NCBI GenBank assembly: GCA_016930415.1
Contig: JAFGGS010000022.1
Location: forward strand, 16,930 to 80,929
From: Candidatus Woesearchaeota archaeon
Lineage (GTDB): Archaea; Nanobdellota; Nanobdellia; Woesearchaeales; SM23-78
Length of the DNA stretch: 64,000 nt
Direction of reading: 5' to 3'
Shown: piece by piece, positions 1 through 9,863 of the stretch
How positions within the stretch are numbered: position 1 is the stretch's first letter
Layout: every line of letters starts with the position of its first letter
The notes under the pieces: model-generated
What the model was told of the DNA's origin: nothing
The model's database searches: none
Seen by the model: the letters and a program-made list of their open reading frames with translations, nothing else
Position numbers and translations under genes: made by a program

Positions 1-1071
1 ACCATAAACCCTATCGACCTTGTGCTGCTCTGCAAAGACCATTATCTTCTCGCTTATCTTCGCAATCTTATCAGCGATCTCCTTCTCCTTGTCCTTTAGT
101 TCTGAGTACTCATTAGCTAGCCTAACGCCTTCCTCCTTCCGATAAGCTACTGGCTCTAGCTTCTCTGTCTCGTAGAGGTGCCTCCAGCGGGGGCAGACAG
201 GTCTATACTCGCACCATTGGCAGAGCGCAGACTCCTTTAAGGGGTATTCTTTTGCTGACTCAATCTCTTTAATGACGTTGATGGTGTCTTTCTTAAGCTT
301 CTCAAGCTGCTCGTCTGTCCTCTCGCTGCGGAGCTCCTTGTCAAAAGCCAGGTAGTGCCAGACAAGCACGACCTTCCTGCAGTCCTTGTACTTCTCCTTG
401 ACTGCGATGGCGTAGAGCGCGAGCTGCCGATCGACGTCTACTTTGTCCTGCTCTGGCAGGCTGTTCGCTGTCTTGTAGTCATGGACCTCGTACACTCCCT
501 CGCCAGCGTAGGCCAGGCGGTCTATGAATCCCTGCAGGACATGCCTCCCTTCAGGGTCCAGCCTGATCACGATCCTCATCTCAAGGCCGATAGTCTTGGC
601 TTGGTTGAAAGGCTTGTACCTGTTATGATAGTCGACTATGAACCTCTCGCCCATCTTGCGGTAGTTATCAGAAGAATATTCCTTCCTGACTATCAGCACG
701 TTGTCAGTCCAGTGCCTCTCCCACTCTGAGTTGAAGAAATCGAGGAGCTCCTGCAGCGTGTTCTCCTTCTCGAACTTAAGGTCTGTGTATAGCTTCTCAA
801 GCGTGTCGTGCACCCTTGACCCTAGGAATGATTCTATCGAGCCTTCAATCTCAGACTCGAGCTTGTCAACGTATGCGAACTTGAACTTTTGAGGACACTG
901 CTCGAACGTGGAAAGCCTGGAGTGAGAATACACTGCCTGGCCTGGCTTTAGCTCAACTCCTAATATCTCCTCGTCGCCCCTCTTCTTCTGGCCTTCCTGC
1001 GACTCGCCGCTCACACCTGCCGCGCTCGCCTTCCCTGAGAAGCCATCAAGACTACCCTGCATGTCACCCAT
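1..1071 (-). CDS. PD-(D/E)XK RecB/Cas4-like nuclease (3' end outside window)
   Basis: Hand translation, not in ORF track: YSHSRLSTFEQCP, GSRVH, GFIDRL, VHDYKT, QLALY, CQWCEYRPVC (likely Fe-S cysteines); open to window edge. Confidence 0.85.
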   Translation of the reverse strand, partial: MGDMQGSLDGFSGKASAAGVSGESQEGQKKRGDEEILGVELKPGQAVYSHSRLSTFEQCPQKFKFAYVDKLESEIEGSIESFLGSRVHDTLEKLYTDLKFEKENTLQELLDFFNSEWERHWTDNVLIVRKEYSSDNYRKMGERFIVDYHNRYKPFNQAKTIGLEMRIVIRLDPEGRHVLQGFIDRLAYAGEGVYEVHDYKTANSLPEQDKVDVDRQLALYAIAVKEKYKDCRKVVLVWHYLAFDKELRSERTDEQLEKLKKDTINVIKEIESAKEYPLKESALCQWCEYRPVCPRWRHLYETEKLEPVAYRKEEGVRLANEYSELKDKEKEIADKIAKISEKIMVFAEQHKVDRVYG

Positions 1072-1208
1072 AAGGAAAAGGAAAGGCCGCTCCCTGTTTT
1101 AAATGTTTTGCGTTGGAGTGTCCAGTGCGTCTTGTGGCGTCCCTGCCGCCAATGCATTCAAAAGCTCTGCTCTTGTTTTGCGTCTCCAAGTATTGGACTT
1201 GAGTTTTT

Positions 1209-1715
1209 TTAGAACACGTGCTTCTCGAGCAGGAACAGTAGCTCTGGGTGGAACTTCTCTCCACGCTTGGCCATCTGCTTCATCTCTTCTATCGGGAAGA
1301 AATCCACTCTCTCTACGACTTCAGGGTCTGGCTTGAAGGGGCCGTTGAAGGTTGTCCTGAAGGTAGTCAGGAACTTTTCGAGCTTTGGTCCATCCTTGTT
1401 TCCTCCTCCCTTGTAGAAGTCTTTCTTGAAGAACTCGATCCTTGTGGTCATGCCCAGCTCTTCCTGGTACTCTCGCATGGCTGCTTCCTCGTACGTCTCG
1501 CCGCTCTGCACGTGTCCTCCGACTGCCGTGCACCAATGATGAGGGCAGAAAGATACTTTCTTGCTGCGGAGCTGGATCGCCATCTCTCCCTTGTCGTTGT
1601 ATATCAATACGTGGACTATCCTGTGGCGAAGATTCTTCTCGTAGATCTCGCTCTTAGACGCCTTTCCGACTACATTGTCATCCACGTCGACTACATCCAT
1701 GTACTCTATCATCAT
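1209..1715 (-). CDS. NUDIX hydrolase (IPP isomerase/YfcD-like)
   Basis: Nudix box GGHVQSGETYEEAAMREYQEELG; HRIVH motif. Confidence 0.85.
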   Translation of the reverse strand: MMIEYMDVVDVDDNVVGKASKSEIYEKNLRHRIVHVLIYNDKGEMAIQLRSKKVSFCPHHWCTAVGGHVQSGETYEEAAMREYQEELGMTTRIEFFKKDFYKGGGNKDGPKLEKFLTTFRTTFNGPFKPDPEVVERVDFFPIEEMKQMAKRGEKFHPELLFLLEKHVF

Positions 1716-1751
1716 GAAGAATCGGTTTAGGCTCTGGTATTAAATAAGTTG

Positions 1752-2552
1752 TTATTTTCCAGCGAGCATCCCGCAGGCCGCATCCACGTCTCTTCCGCGA
1801 GGCTCCCTCACGTAGCAGATGAAGCCGTGTTTTCTAAGGGCTGCCTTGAATGAGATGATTGTCTCCTGGCTCGGCGGCTGATAATGCTCTTTCTTTGAGT
1901 TCACTGGTATCAGGTTGATGAGCGACTTCTTTGGCACTAGCGCCGCCAGCCTCTCTGCGTCAATAGCAGCGTCGTTGAATCCTTTTATCATCACGTACTC
2001 TATCTGGAGGCGCCTCCTGCTGGGAAGCGAGTCATTGATCTCCTGCATTGTCTCTTTCAGGATTGAGAGAGAGTACTTCTTGTTGATCGGCATTATCCTG
2101 CTTCTCTGCTCGTCTGTTGTCGCGTTCAGGCTTATCGCGATGTTAACCTTGGTCGGCAGGAGCAGTTTCATCCTGTCGCAGAGGCCGCAAGTCGACACCG
2201 CGATCTTCCTTGAAGGGATACCTTTCTCTTTCTTCACGCGCTCGACCGCCTCCACGATGTGAGGATTGTCCAGCGGTTCTCCCATGCCCATGAATACTAC
2301 AGAGTCGACATCCAAGCCATCATCTATCTGGCCGATAATCTCGTCAGCCGACAGATTCCTGGAAAACCTCTTGCCGCTTTCGCAGAAGGAGCATCTCATC
2401 CTGCAGCCCGCCTGGGTCGAGATGCATAGGTTAGTCTTTGTCTTGTGAGGGATGACTACGCTCTCGACGAGGCTTCCATCATCCAGCTCGTGCACCCTCC
2501 TGATGGTTCCGTCGCTTGAAGAAACTCTTTTTACGACTCGCAAATTGTTCAC
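1752..2552 (-). CDS. rlmN: RlmN/Cfr-family radical SAM RNA methyltransferase, short form
   Basis: CISTQAGCRMRCSFC, MGMGEP, C-terminal AACG. Confidence 0.8.
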   Translation of the reverse strand: MNNLRVVKRVSSSDGTIRRVHELDDGSLVESVVIPHKTKTNLCISTQAGCRMRCSFCESGKRFSRNLSADEIIGQIDDGLDVDSVVFMGMGEPLDNPHIVEAVERVKKEKGIPSRKIAVSTCGLCDRMKLLLPTKVNIAISLNATTDEQRSRIMPINKKYSLSILKETMQEINDSLPSRRRLQIEYVMIKGFNDAAIDAERLAALVPKKSLINLIPVNSKKEHYQPPSQETIISFKAALRKHGFICYVREPRGRDVDAACGMLAGK

Positions 2553-3610
2553 TCGCCTTGCATCTTCTCGCAGATGACTGCAACGTTTTCAAAACCCAGG
2601 AGCACTACCTCTCGGTTGCCGCTTAGGCCTTGCTCGTATTCATTCCTGACCTGCCAGTATTCCTTGGGGTCCACCTCGAGCCTGATCACGACGCTCGCAG
2701 CCTTGCACTTGCGAAGCTCTGTCTTGATTAGCAAGGGGTCGTTCCCGCACACGCTTAGCACCCTGAACATGGCCTTGAAGAATGGGCTTGTCATCTTCTC
2801 TTCGCTCGTCATGAACGCGTATTTCTTCTCAGACGCCAGTTCTGTGCCTGTGATTGCGCACAGCTCTGCCAGCAGCCCTGCCTTGTGCACTGCGCCGTCG
2901 ACCTCGTAGACGTACTTCTTAGGCCCTCTTGCCTTTACGAGCCTGGCTTTCCTGTCGTTAGAGATGGTTTTTCCGGATGGAAGGATGACTGCGCTCCTCT
3001 CGGCATTCTTGAGCGGTCCGAAGTAGAGCGTCAGCCTGTTCAGCTTTCCATTGACAGAAGCGTACTCTTGCTCGCAGTCGAAGGGCATCTCTTTTATCTG
3101 GGGCGGGAACTCGACTGCGATTCTGCTCGTTATCTTCCCGTATCTTGCCAGGAACTTGTTGATGTCTGGCTTCATCGCCTCTATCTTTCGCTTTTCTGCG
3201 CTTGCGTCCCTTTCAGGGTCAAGGAAGACTATCTCTGCATCGTCTTCCTTTATTTTCTCGATGATTTCAGGGTCGAGTGCGTTTCCTGCGGTGAATTCGA
3301 TGTTCCTGAAGCGAAGCTTTGAAGCGTTCTTCCTAGCAATCTCTATCTTCTCGGTGTTGACGTCTATTCCCAGGACGTGCCTGCACTTCTTTGCGAAGCT
3401 GAACGCCTGAAGGCCTATGCCGCAGCCGACGTCCGCGATCCTCTCGCACTTGAGCCTCTCTGCCCTCCAGTCAGCCACTGCCTCGTTCGTCGCCCATCTA
3501 AGATCTTCTTTCCTGAACTCGAGCTTATCCTCTTTTGAATGCTTCACAGTTCCCTTCTGCTCTTTGCCCTTCTCTTCTTTGCTCTTGCTTTTTTCTTCTT
3601 TTCCAGCCAT
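2549..3610 (-). CDS. Class I SAM-dependent (probably RNA) methyltransferase
   Basis: ADVGCGIG, GIDVN, FLDPER motifs; 4-nt overlap with rlmN-like gene. Confidence 0.75.
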   Translation of the reverse strand: MAGKEEKSKSKEEKGKEQKGTVKHSKEDKLEFRKEDLRWATNEAVADWRAERLKCERIADVGCGIGLQAFSFAKKCRHVLGIDVNTEKIEIARKNASKLRFRNIEFTAGNALDPEIIEKIKEDDAEIVFLDPERDASAEKRKIEAMKPDINKFLARYGKITSRIAVEFPPQIKEMPFDCEQEYASVNGKLNRLTLYFGPLKNAERSAVILPSGKTISNDRKARLVKARGPKKYVYEVDGAVHKAGLLAELCAITGTELASEKKYAFMTSEEKMTSPFFKAMFRVLSVCGNDPLLIKTELRKCKAASVVIRLEVDPKEYWQVRNEYEQGLSGNREVVLLGFENVAVICEKMQGE

Positions 3611-3697
3611 CTGCGCACTGGTTAAGGAAGAAGCTTTTTAAAGTCTTCTTGTTTTGCTTCAGGAATAAGTGCTTGATAGGTAAAGGGATTGTTTAGG

Positions 3698-4699
3698 ATG
3701 AGATTTGAAGAGTTTTTTTCGCCTGTTGTTATTATCGTATTTATACTCGTCTTTGCGCTCTCCTTGCAAGGATGCGGCCCTGCGGACAGTGACCCTCTGC
3801 AAGGCTCAGGGAGTGAGCCTGGAACCGCTGGAAGGATCAGTGTCGTGGCGACGATATTCCCTCTCTACGAGTTCGTGAAGGCAGTCGGCGGGAGCCGCGT
3901 GGACGCGTATCTCCTGCTTCCTGCTGGCAGCGACGTCCACAGCTTTGACCCCAGGCCTAGCGACGTCGTGAGGATTGAGAATGCCCGCATGGTCTTGTAC
4001 GTTGACGAGTCCCTTGAGCCTTGGCTTACTGACATCCTTGACGGGATAAATCCTGCTGATCTGGCTGTTTTCGAGGTGAGCCAATACGTTGACCTCATCA
4101 ATTCCGGAGAGGTAGAAGGGCAGGAAGGCCATCTGGCTGAAGGGCTCGCAGAGGAAGAGCATGGTCACGAGGGCGCTGACCCTCACTTCTGGCTTGATCT
4201 TGAGAGGGATGGCGCGCTCGTATCCGAGATTGCAAGGACGCTTGCAGCCATGGACCCTGACCACTCCCAGGATTATTATGATAACGCAGTGATATACTTG
4301 GCCGAGCTTGCAGAGCTTGATGGCTCTTACAGGTCAGGGCTCATGAACTGCAGCAAGCGCGAATTCATAACTAACCATGACTCGTTCACTTATCTTGCGA
4401 TGAGGTATGGGCTGACGCAGATACCTCTCTTCGGGGTTTCACGAGACCACGAGCCGAGCCCTAAGAAGGTCAAGGAGATAACTGACCTTGCAAAGGCGCA
4501 TGGCTTGAAGGCGGTCTTTTTCGAGAGCAGCATGAGTCCTGCTGTCGCTGAGGTGATCGCCAGGGAGATCGGGGGCAGGACTCTTGTGCTGAATCCTGGC
4601 GCCAATCTTGATGCTGATCAGCGTTCCAGGGGCGTGAGTTTCCTTGGTCTCATGCGTGAGAACCTTGAGAGCTTGAAGGTCGGGCTTGAGTGCCGGTAG
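3698..4699 (+). CDS. znuA: Zn/Mn ABC transporter substrate-binding lipoprotein
   Basis: Lipobox-like LQGC, DVHSFDPRP, His-rich loop, DPHFWLD, HEPSP. Confidence 0.88.
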   Translation: MRFEEFFSPVVIIVFILVFALSLQGCGPADSDPLQGSGSEPGTAGRISVVATIFPLYEFVKAVGGSRVDAYLLLPAGSDVHSFDPRPSDVVRIENARMVLYVDESLEPWLTDILDGINPADLAVFEVSQYVDLINSGEVEGQEGHLAEGLAEEEHGHEGADPHFWLDLERDGALVSEIARTLAAMDPDHSQDYYDNAVIYLAELAELDGSYRSGLMNCSKREFITNHDSFTYLAMRYGLTQIPLFGVSRDHEPSPKKVKEITDLAKAHGLKAVFFESSMSPAVAEVIAREIGGRTLVLNPGANLDADQRSRGVSFLGLMRENLESLKVGLECR

Positions 4700-4788
4700 G
4701 CCGATCCCTTCATATCATTCACACGCTTCATCCTGGCGGGAATAAAGAAAACTCTTTTATACCAAATGCAAGAAAAGAGGGTTTGTCC

Positions 4789-5664
4789 ATGGCTAAGCAT
4801 AAGAGGTCTGCTGCAAAGGAGCAGTCTAAACTCCAAGAGGACGCCGAATCTGGCCTGCGTGTTGATGATGGAGGTACGGGCGGCGTAGGAGAAGCATCAG
4901 GAGGTAGCATAGTCTCTGTGGAGAACTTATCATTCTCTTATGGCTCCGGCCTCGTACTTGACGACGTCACTTTTTCGATATCAAGAGATGACTTCGTAGG
5001 TCTTATAGGTCCTAATGGCTCTGGCAAGAGCACTCTTGTAAAGCTATTGATGGGTCTTAACAAGCCTGATTCTGGAAGGATATCCTTGTTCGGGAAAGAT
5101 ATTGGCTCGTTCAATGACTGGGGAAAAATCGCATACGTCCCTCAGAAGGCGTCGCAGGTCGATCCCTTGTTTCCCATCACTGTCAGGGAAGTCGTCGAGA
5201 TGGGTCTTCTTTCCAAGAAGAGGTTTCCAAAGATCCTGATATCTGAAGACAAGTTTAAGGTCGACAAGGCTTTGAAGATTGTCGGTATGGAAGGCTTTTC
5301 AGGCAGGAGGATCGGGGAGCTCTCTGGCGGCCAGCAGCAGCGCGTATTCATCGCAAGGGCTGTGGTCTCAAGCCCGCAGCTCTTGGTGCTTGACGAGCCC
5401 ACTGTCGGAGTTGACCAGGCTACTCAGGTCAAGTTCTACGAGCTCTTGGGGAACCTGAACCGGGCGGGGATAGCGATAATCCTGATATCGCACGATATTG
5501 GGATGATCACCAGGTTCGTGACAAAGGTCGCCGTGCTCAGCGGTAAACTCGTGTTTTACGGGACTCACAAGCAGTTCTGTTCATCAGACCAGGTCTTGGG
5601 AGTATTGGCTAAGCATCATCACTTGCTTGACTTGGGGTGCAATTATGAGAAGCATAAGCGTTGA
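4789..5664 (+). CDS. znuC: Zn/Mn ABC transporter ATPase
   Basis: GPNGSGKST, LSGGQQQR, LDEPT; start moved to ATG 4789. Confidence 0.88.
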   Translation: MAKHKRSAAKEQSKLQEDAESGLRVDDGGTGGVGEASGGSIVSVENLSFSYGSGLVLDDVTFSISRDDFVGLIGPNGSGKSTLVKLLMGLNKPDSGRISLFGKDIGSFNDWGKIAYVPQKASQVDPLFPITVREVVEMGLLSKKRFPKILISEDKFKVDKALKIVGMEGFSGRRIGELSGGQQQRVFIARAVVSSPQLLVLDEPTVGVDQATQVKFYELLGNLNRAGIAIILISHDIGMITRFVTKVAVLSGKLVFYGTHKQFCSSDQVLGVLAKHHHLLDLGCNYEKHKR

Positions 5665-5692
5665 TTAGCATATTAGAGATTAGAGGTTTGAC

Positions 5693-6499
5693 ATGTTAGA
5701 GATTTTAGGATATTCGTTCATGCAAAAAGCCTTGCTGACTGGCGTAGTCATCGCGATAGCCTGTTCTCTTCTAGGAGTCTTCCTGGTGCTTAGGAGGTAT
5801 TCGCTCATTGGAGACGGCCTTGCGCATATATCCTTTGGAGGGATTGCTCTTGGCTTATTGTTCGGAGTCGCGCCCGTCCTCTTCGCGCTCGCCTTCGCGG
5901 CGTTAAGCGCAATAGCCATCCTTAAGATCAAGGAGAAGGCGAGGATTCAGGGTGACACCGCGATCGGCATAGTGAGCCATGCCGCGTTGGGTCTTGGCAT
6001 CTTCATAATAAGTATCGCTCGCGGCTTTAACGTAGACATGCTAAGCTACTTGTTCGGGAGCATCCTGGCGATAAGCACGCTCGAGGTCATTACATCAGTC
6101 CTTCTTGCAGGCGCGGTAGTGGCTTTGATAATGATATTCTATCATGACCTGACCTTTGTCGCGTTTGATGAGGATTCTGCTAAGGCTTCAGGCATAGACG
6201 CGGGTTTCCTGAATACGCTCCTGATAGTCCTTACTGCGGTCACGATAGTCTCTGCCATGAAGGTTACAGGCCTTCTCTTGGCCTCGTCCTTGATAGTGCT
6301 TCCGGCAGCGTCTTCCCTGCAAGTCGCGAAGAGTTTTAGGAAGGCGTTGTTCTTCTCAGCTTTGATAGCGATTGTCTCTGTTGTGGCAGGCTTGGCTTTA
6401 GCCTATCACTTCGACTTTGCAGCTTCAGGCACCATTGTCCTGCTTAATTTTGTCTTCTTCTGCATCTTGTTCGCTGTGAGGAGTTTCTTGCGAAGATGA
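5693..6499 (+). CDS. znuB: Zn/Mn ABC transporter permease
   Basis: GDGLAH motif, YLFGSIL, multiple TM helices. Confidence 0.88.
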   Translation: MLEILGYSFMQKALLTGVVIAIACSLLGVFLVLRRYSLIGDGLAHISFGGIALGLLFGVAPVLFALAFAALSAIAILKIKEKARIQGDTAIGIVSHAALGLGIFIISIARGFNVDMLSYLFGSILAISTLEVITSVLLAGAVVALIMIFYHDLTFVAFDEDSAKASGIDAGFLNTLLIVLTAVTIVSAMKVTGLLLASSLIVLPAASSLQVAKSFRKALFFSALIAIVSVVAGLALAYHFDFAASGTIVLLNFVFFCILFAVRSFLRR

Positions 6500-6515
6500 G
6501 GTGGCTGTTGTCTTG

Positions 6516-7622
6516 ATGAGGAAGAAGAAAATACTGTTCTTGATATCCGATACTGGCGGAGGCCATCGGGCCTCTGCGAACGCAGTGATCTCCGCGCTTG
6601 AAAGAATGGCTCCTGGAAGGTATGATCTTAAGATGGTGGATTTCTTCAACGTGGGGAATTCCGCAGTGGATGGTGTTATCAAGGGATTCTATTCAAGGGT
6701 TATACAAAGGCATCGCTGGGTGTGGGGACTCACGTTCAGCCTGACGAACAACAGGGTCTTCTGGCGAGCAGTACAGCCGCTCTACAGGATAATCCATGAC
6801 AATATAAGGATGATGATTGATAAGGAGAAGCCTGACTTGGTGGTCTCGATCCATCCGATGGTCAACACAATCACCAAGAAGGTGTTGGATGAACTTGGGC
6901 AAGGGATACCTTTCTTGATAATAACAACAGACCCGGTCACGCTCCACGTGGGTTGGCTTGAGCGAGGAGCTGACTTCACGATCGTGGCCACTGAGGATGC
7001 GAAGAAGTGTTTGATAAGCCTTGGCGTGCAAGAGGCGCGCGTGAAGGTCTTGGGCCTCCCGATCGCTCCTGATTTCTACATCCCTGTACGTGATAAGGGA
7101 GTGGTCAAGGCCAGGTTCGGGCTTAGGAAGGATGTGTTCACTGTGCTTTTCAGCGGTGGCGGGGATGGCGGCGGAAAGATATATCCTGTCGTGAAGAGGC
7201 TTATCAAGGATGCTGCCGGTGAGAGGCTGGACTTGCAGGTCATCGTAGTTTGCGGCAGGAACGAGAAGCTCAGGTCCAAGCTGGCTTCTCTTGGTGTGAT
7301 AGCGATACCTTTCACTGATATGATGCCTGAGCTGATGGGTGTCGTGGACCTGATGGTGATCAAGGCAGGCCCAGGAACGATCGAGGAGAGCATGGCTAGG
7401 GGGTTGCCTATTATTATTACGAGCTACCTCCCAGGCCAGGAGAAGGCGAACATCGATTATGCCCGCAAGAAGTGGAGGGCTTTCTACGAGCCGACTGTCA
7501 AGGGGGCAACTGATAGGATCAAGTCTGAGTTCAGGAGCCCTGCTAAGAGGCATGCACCAGTCAAGGCAGGCGACGCTCCAGTCTATAGGATTGCGAAGTT
7601 CATCAGTTCTATGCTGAAATAG
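6516..7622 (+). CDS. GT28 glycosyltransferase, MGDG synthase/UgtP-like
   Basis: DTGGGHRASA, SIHP, KAGPGTI, PGQE motifs. Confidence 0.85.
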   Translation: MRKKKILFLISDTGGGHRASANAVISALERMAPGRYDLKMVDFFNVGNSAVDGVIKGFYSRVIQRHRWVWGLTFSLTNNRVFWRAVQPLYRIIHDNIRMMIDKEKPDLVVSIHPMVNTITKKVLDELGQGIPFLIITTDPVTLHVGWLERGADFTIVATEDAKKCLISLGVQEARVKVLGLPIAPDFYIPVRDKGVVKARFGLRKDVFTVLFSGGGDGGGKIYPVVKRLIKDAAGERLDLQVIVVCGRNEKLRSKLASLGVIAIPFTDMMPELMGVVDLMVIKAGPGTIEESMARGLPIIITSYLPGQEKANIDYARKKWRAFYEPTVKGATDRIKSEFRSPAKRHAPVKAGDAPVYRIAKFISSMLK

Positions 7623-7731
7623 CATCTGTTGTTTCAGCAACATTTTTATATTCATGTTCTGAGTGTTTATGAGGACTGCGCGCAGAAGATGTTGTTTTCC
7701 TTCCTGCACCAGATGTTCGAGAGGTTTCATT

Positions 7732-8565
7732 TTGAAAGATGCGATAATCACCTGTTCAGATGAGAGGTTTGGGGATTTCCTGATAGAGCATTGGCTCGCA
7801 TCCCTCGAGGCCAACGTGGACTTGAAGAATATAGACGTGATAGTCCTAGACTACGGTCTTTCCAAGCCCCAGGTGGAGAGGCTCAAGAAGGCTCTTAAGG
7901 GCATAATCATCTTCAAGGGGAAACGCGACGGTCACGTCAACGTCATACGCTTCAGGGACATTGACACGATCCTTTCAAGGAAAAATTATGGCCAGGTCCT
8001 ATCGGTTGATGGCGGAGACATAATCTTCCAGACAGACCTTAGCCCTTTGCTTAGGAGAGACTCGGGGTCTTTCAGGGCTGCTTGCGAGAGACGCTACGCC
8101 AGGTTCAAGAGGTCGTACATGAGCGGTTTCTTCCCGAAGGAGGTCTCTGAGAGGATTGATGCAGTGCTCAAGGGCAAGAGGGAGATTAATGCAGGGGTAC
8201 TTCTGGCTCCTGCCTCGAAGTTCAGGAAGCTCTGCCAGGAAGTGTATGCTCTTATTGATGAAAAGCAGAAGTTCGGCCCTGACCAGCACACAGTCAATTA
8301 CATCCTGCATAGGGATGGATTTGTGGAGCTGGATGAGAAGTATAATTTCGTGGTCACGGTCTCCAAGAGAAGGTTCATCATCAAGGAAGGGGTCTTTCGC
8401 TTCTCAAACGGAGAGGTGATTCCTATCGTTCATAACGCAGGGCACTACAGGTTTTTCAGGCCGATCGAGAGATTCGGGTTCGGTAGGGACAGGAATCGCT
8501 TGAGATGGTTCTTCTTCTCTTTTGTCGGGTTCTTTGTGAGGCTGGTCGATAGGCTGCTCGGATGA
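7732..8565 (+). CDS. Putative GT-A fold glycosyltransferase
   Basis: VDGGDIIFQ, INAGV, DQ..VN, IVH; TTG start after GAGGT. Confidence 0.6.
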   Translation: MKDAIITCSDERFGDFLIEHWLASLEANVDLKNIDVIVLDYGLSKPQVERLKKALKGIIIFKGKRDGHVNVIRFRDIDTILSRKNYGQVLSVDGGDIIFQTDLSPLLRRDSGSFRAACERRYARFKRSYMSGFFPKEVSERIDAVLKGKREINAGVLLAPASKFRKLCQEVYALIDEKQKFGPDQHTVNYILHRDGFVELDEKYNFVVTVSKRRFIIKEGVFRFSNGEVIPIVHNAGHYRFFRPIERFGFGRDRNRLRWFFFSFVGFFVRLVDRLLG

Positions 8566-8569
8566 GTTT

Positions 8570-9763
8570 TCAAGCTTTCTTATGACTGTATCTTTTCTTA
8601 TCTTCCTTCTTTCTCCTCTTGTTGCGGCGCGCTTCCTTGTATATCTTCTCAAGCGTCTCGATTGTCTTGTCTATGGAGTACTTGGAGACCTCAAGCGCTC
8701 CTCTCCTCCCCATCTGTTGCCTAAGCTTTCGGCTACGCATGAGCTTCAGCAAGTAGCTTGCCATCTCCTTCTCGTCATGCGCCTTGGCTATGAATCCGGT
8801 CTTCTCATGCTTCACGATGTTTGGTATTGCTAGCTTGTCAACGCCTACGACTGGAAGGCCGCACGCCATGGCCTCGAGTATCACGAGCCCTTCTGTCTCT
8901 ATGGTCGAGGCTGTCACAAAGACGTCTGCTCTAGAGTATATCTTTGATAGCTTGTTGTGGTTTATCGGTCCGCTGAACTCTATCTTCTTGTGAAGGAGCC
9001 TCCCAGCGACTTTCTTGAGGCGCTTTAGGTCTGGCCCCCCTCCTACGATCCTAAGCTTCCAGTCAGGTTCTTCTTTCATGGCGATCTTGTATGCCTTTAT
9101 GACTGTCTCTATGTCCTTCTCATAGCTTATTCTTCCTACATGTATTATCTTCCTTACGCCTGATATCTTCTCATTCCTGTTGGCGGGTTTGAATCTCTTG
9201 AGGTCCACGCCGTTTGACATCGCGCGTATGGGCTTCTTGATGCCTTCCTTGACCAGCACGTCCTTCATGGCCTTTGAAGGCGTTATGACTTGGTCGCAGA
9301 GGTTGTAGTATCCGCGGGTGTATCCCCACACTATCCTCTTGGCAGCTTCGCTCTCACTCATGTACCTTGGCAATCTTGTGTGCCCCATGAAGTCCGGGAG
9401 GAGCGTGTGATAAGTCCCTATCAGGGGCGTGTGGAACATCTTTGAGCAGATGACCGCTTCCCATCCCAGGAAAGAGGGCATGTGGCTGTGTATCACGTCT
9501 GGCTTGAACTTGGACATCTCGTTTATTATCCTGACACTCGGAACTGCCAGCTTGAAGTCAGGATATTTTATGAGGTTGGTCGTCTTGTAGTACTTTATCG
9601 TTATGCCATGGCCTAGGTTTATCTTCTCGCTTCCAGTCCCTGACGATGTGAATATTATTATCTGGTGTCTTTTGGCTGCGAGTCCTCTTGTAGAATTCAC
9701 AATGGCAGTCACGACCCCGTTTATGCTTGGCAGGAACGTGTCTGTGAATACGGCGATTCTCAT
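8570..9763 (-). CDS. GT4 glycosyltransferase (diacylglycerol glucosyltransferase-like)
   Basis: MRIAVFTDTFLPSINGV, TYHT, ETEGLVILEAMACG. Confidence 0.88.
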   Translation of the reverse strand: MRIAVFTDTFLPSINGVVTAIVNSTRGLAAKRHQIIIFTSSGTGSEKINLGHGITIKYYKTTNLIKYPDFKLAVPSVRIINEMSKFKPDVIHSHMPSFLGWEAVICSKMFHTPLIGTYHTLLPDFMGHTRLPRYMSESEAAKRIVWGYTRGYYNLCDQVITPSKAMKDVLVKEGIKKPIRAMSNGVDLKRFKPANRNEKISGVRKIIHVGRISYEKDIETVIKAYKIAMKEEPDWKLRIVGGGPDLKRLKKVAGRLLHKKIEFSGPINHNKLSKIYSRADVFVTASTIETEGLVILEAMACGLPVVGVDKLAIPNIVKHEKTGFIAKAHDEKEMASYLLKLMRSRKLRQQMGRRGALEVSKYSIDKTIETLEKIYKEARRNKRRKKEDKKRYSHKKA

Positions 9764-9863
9764 AAGGTCAGTTCACGTGATTCCTTTATAAAAATCTTTT
9801 GACCTGCCTATAAATGCCTTTCTCCGAAAAGATTTAAAAAAGCAGGCTCCCATTCAGCATCTC

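Noticed and set aside
1..1071. Cas4-like nuclease as sign of CRISPR-Cas
   Set aside because: No repeat-spacer array or other cas genes seen; solo PD-(D/E)XK nucleases are common.
6693..7814. 373-aa antisense ORF
   Set aside because: Shadow of the GT28 gene; no motifs.
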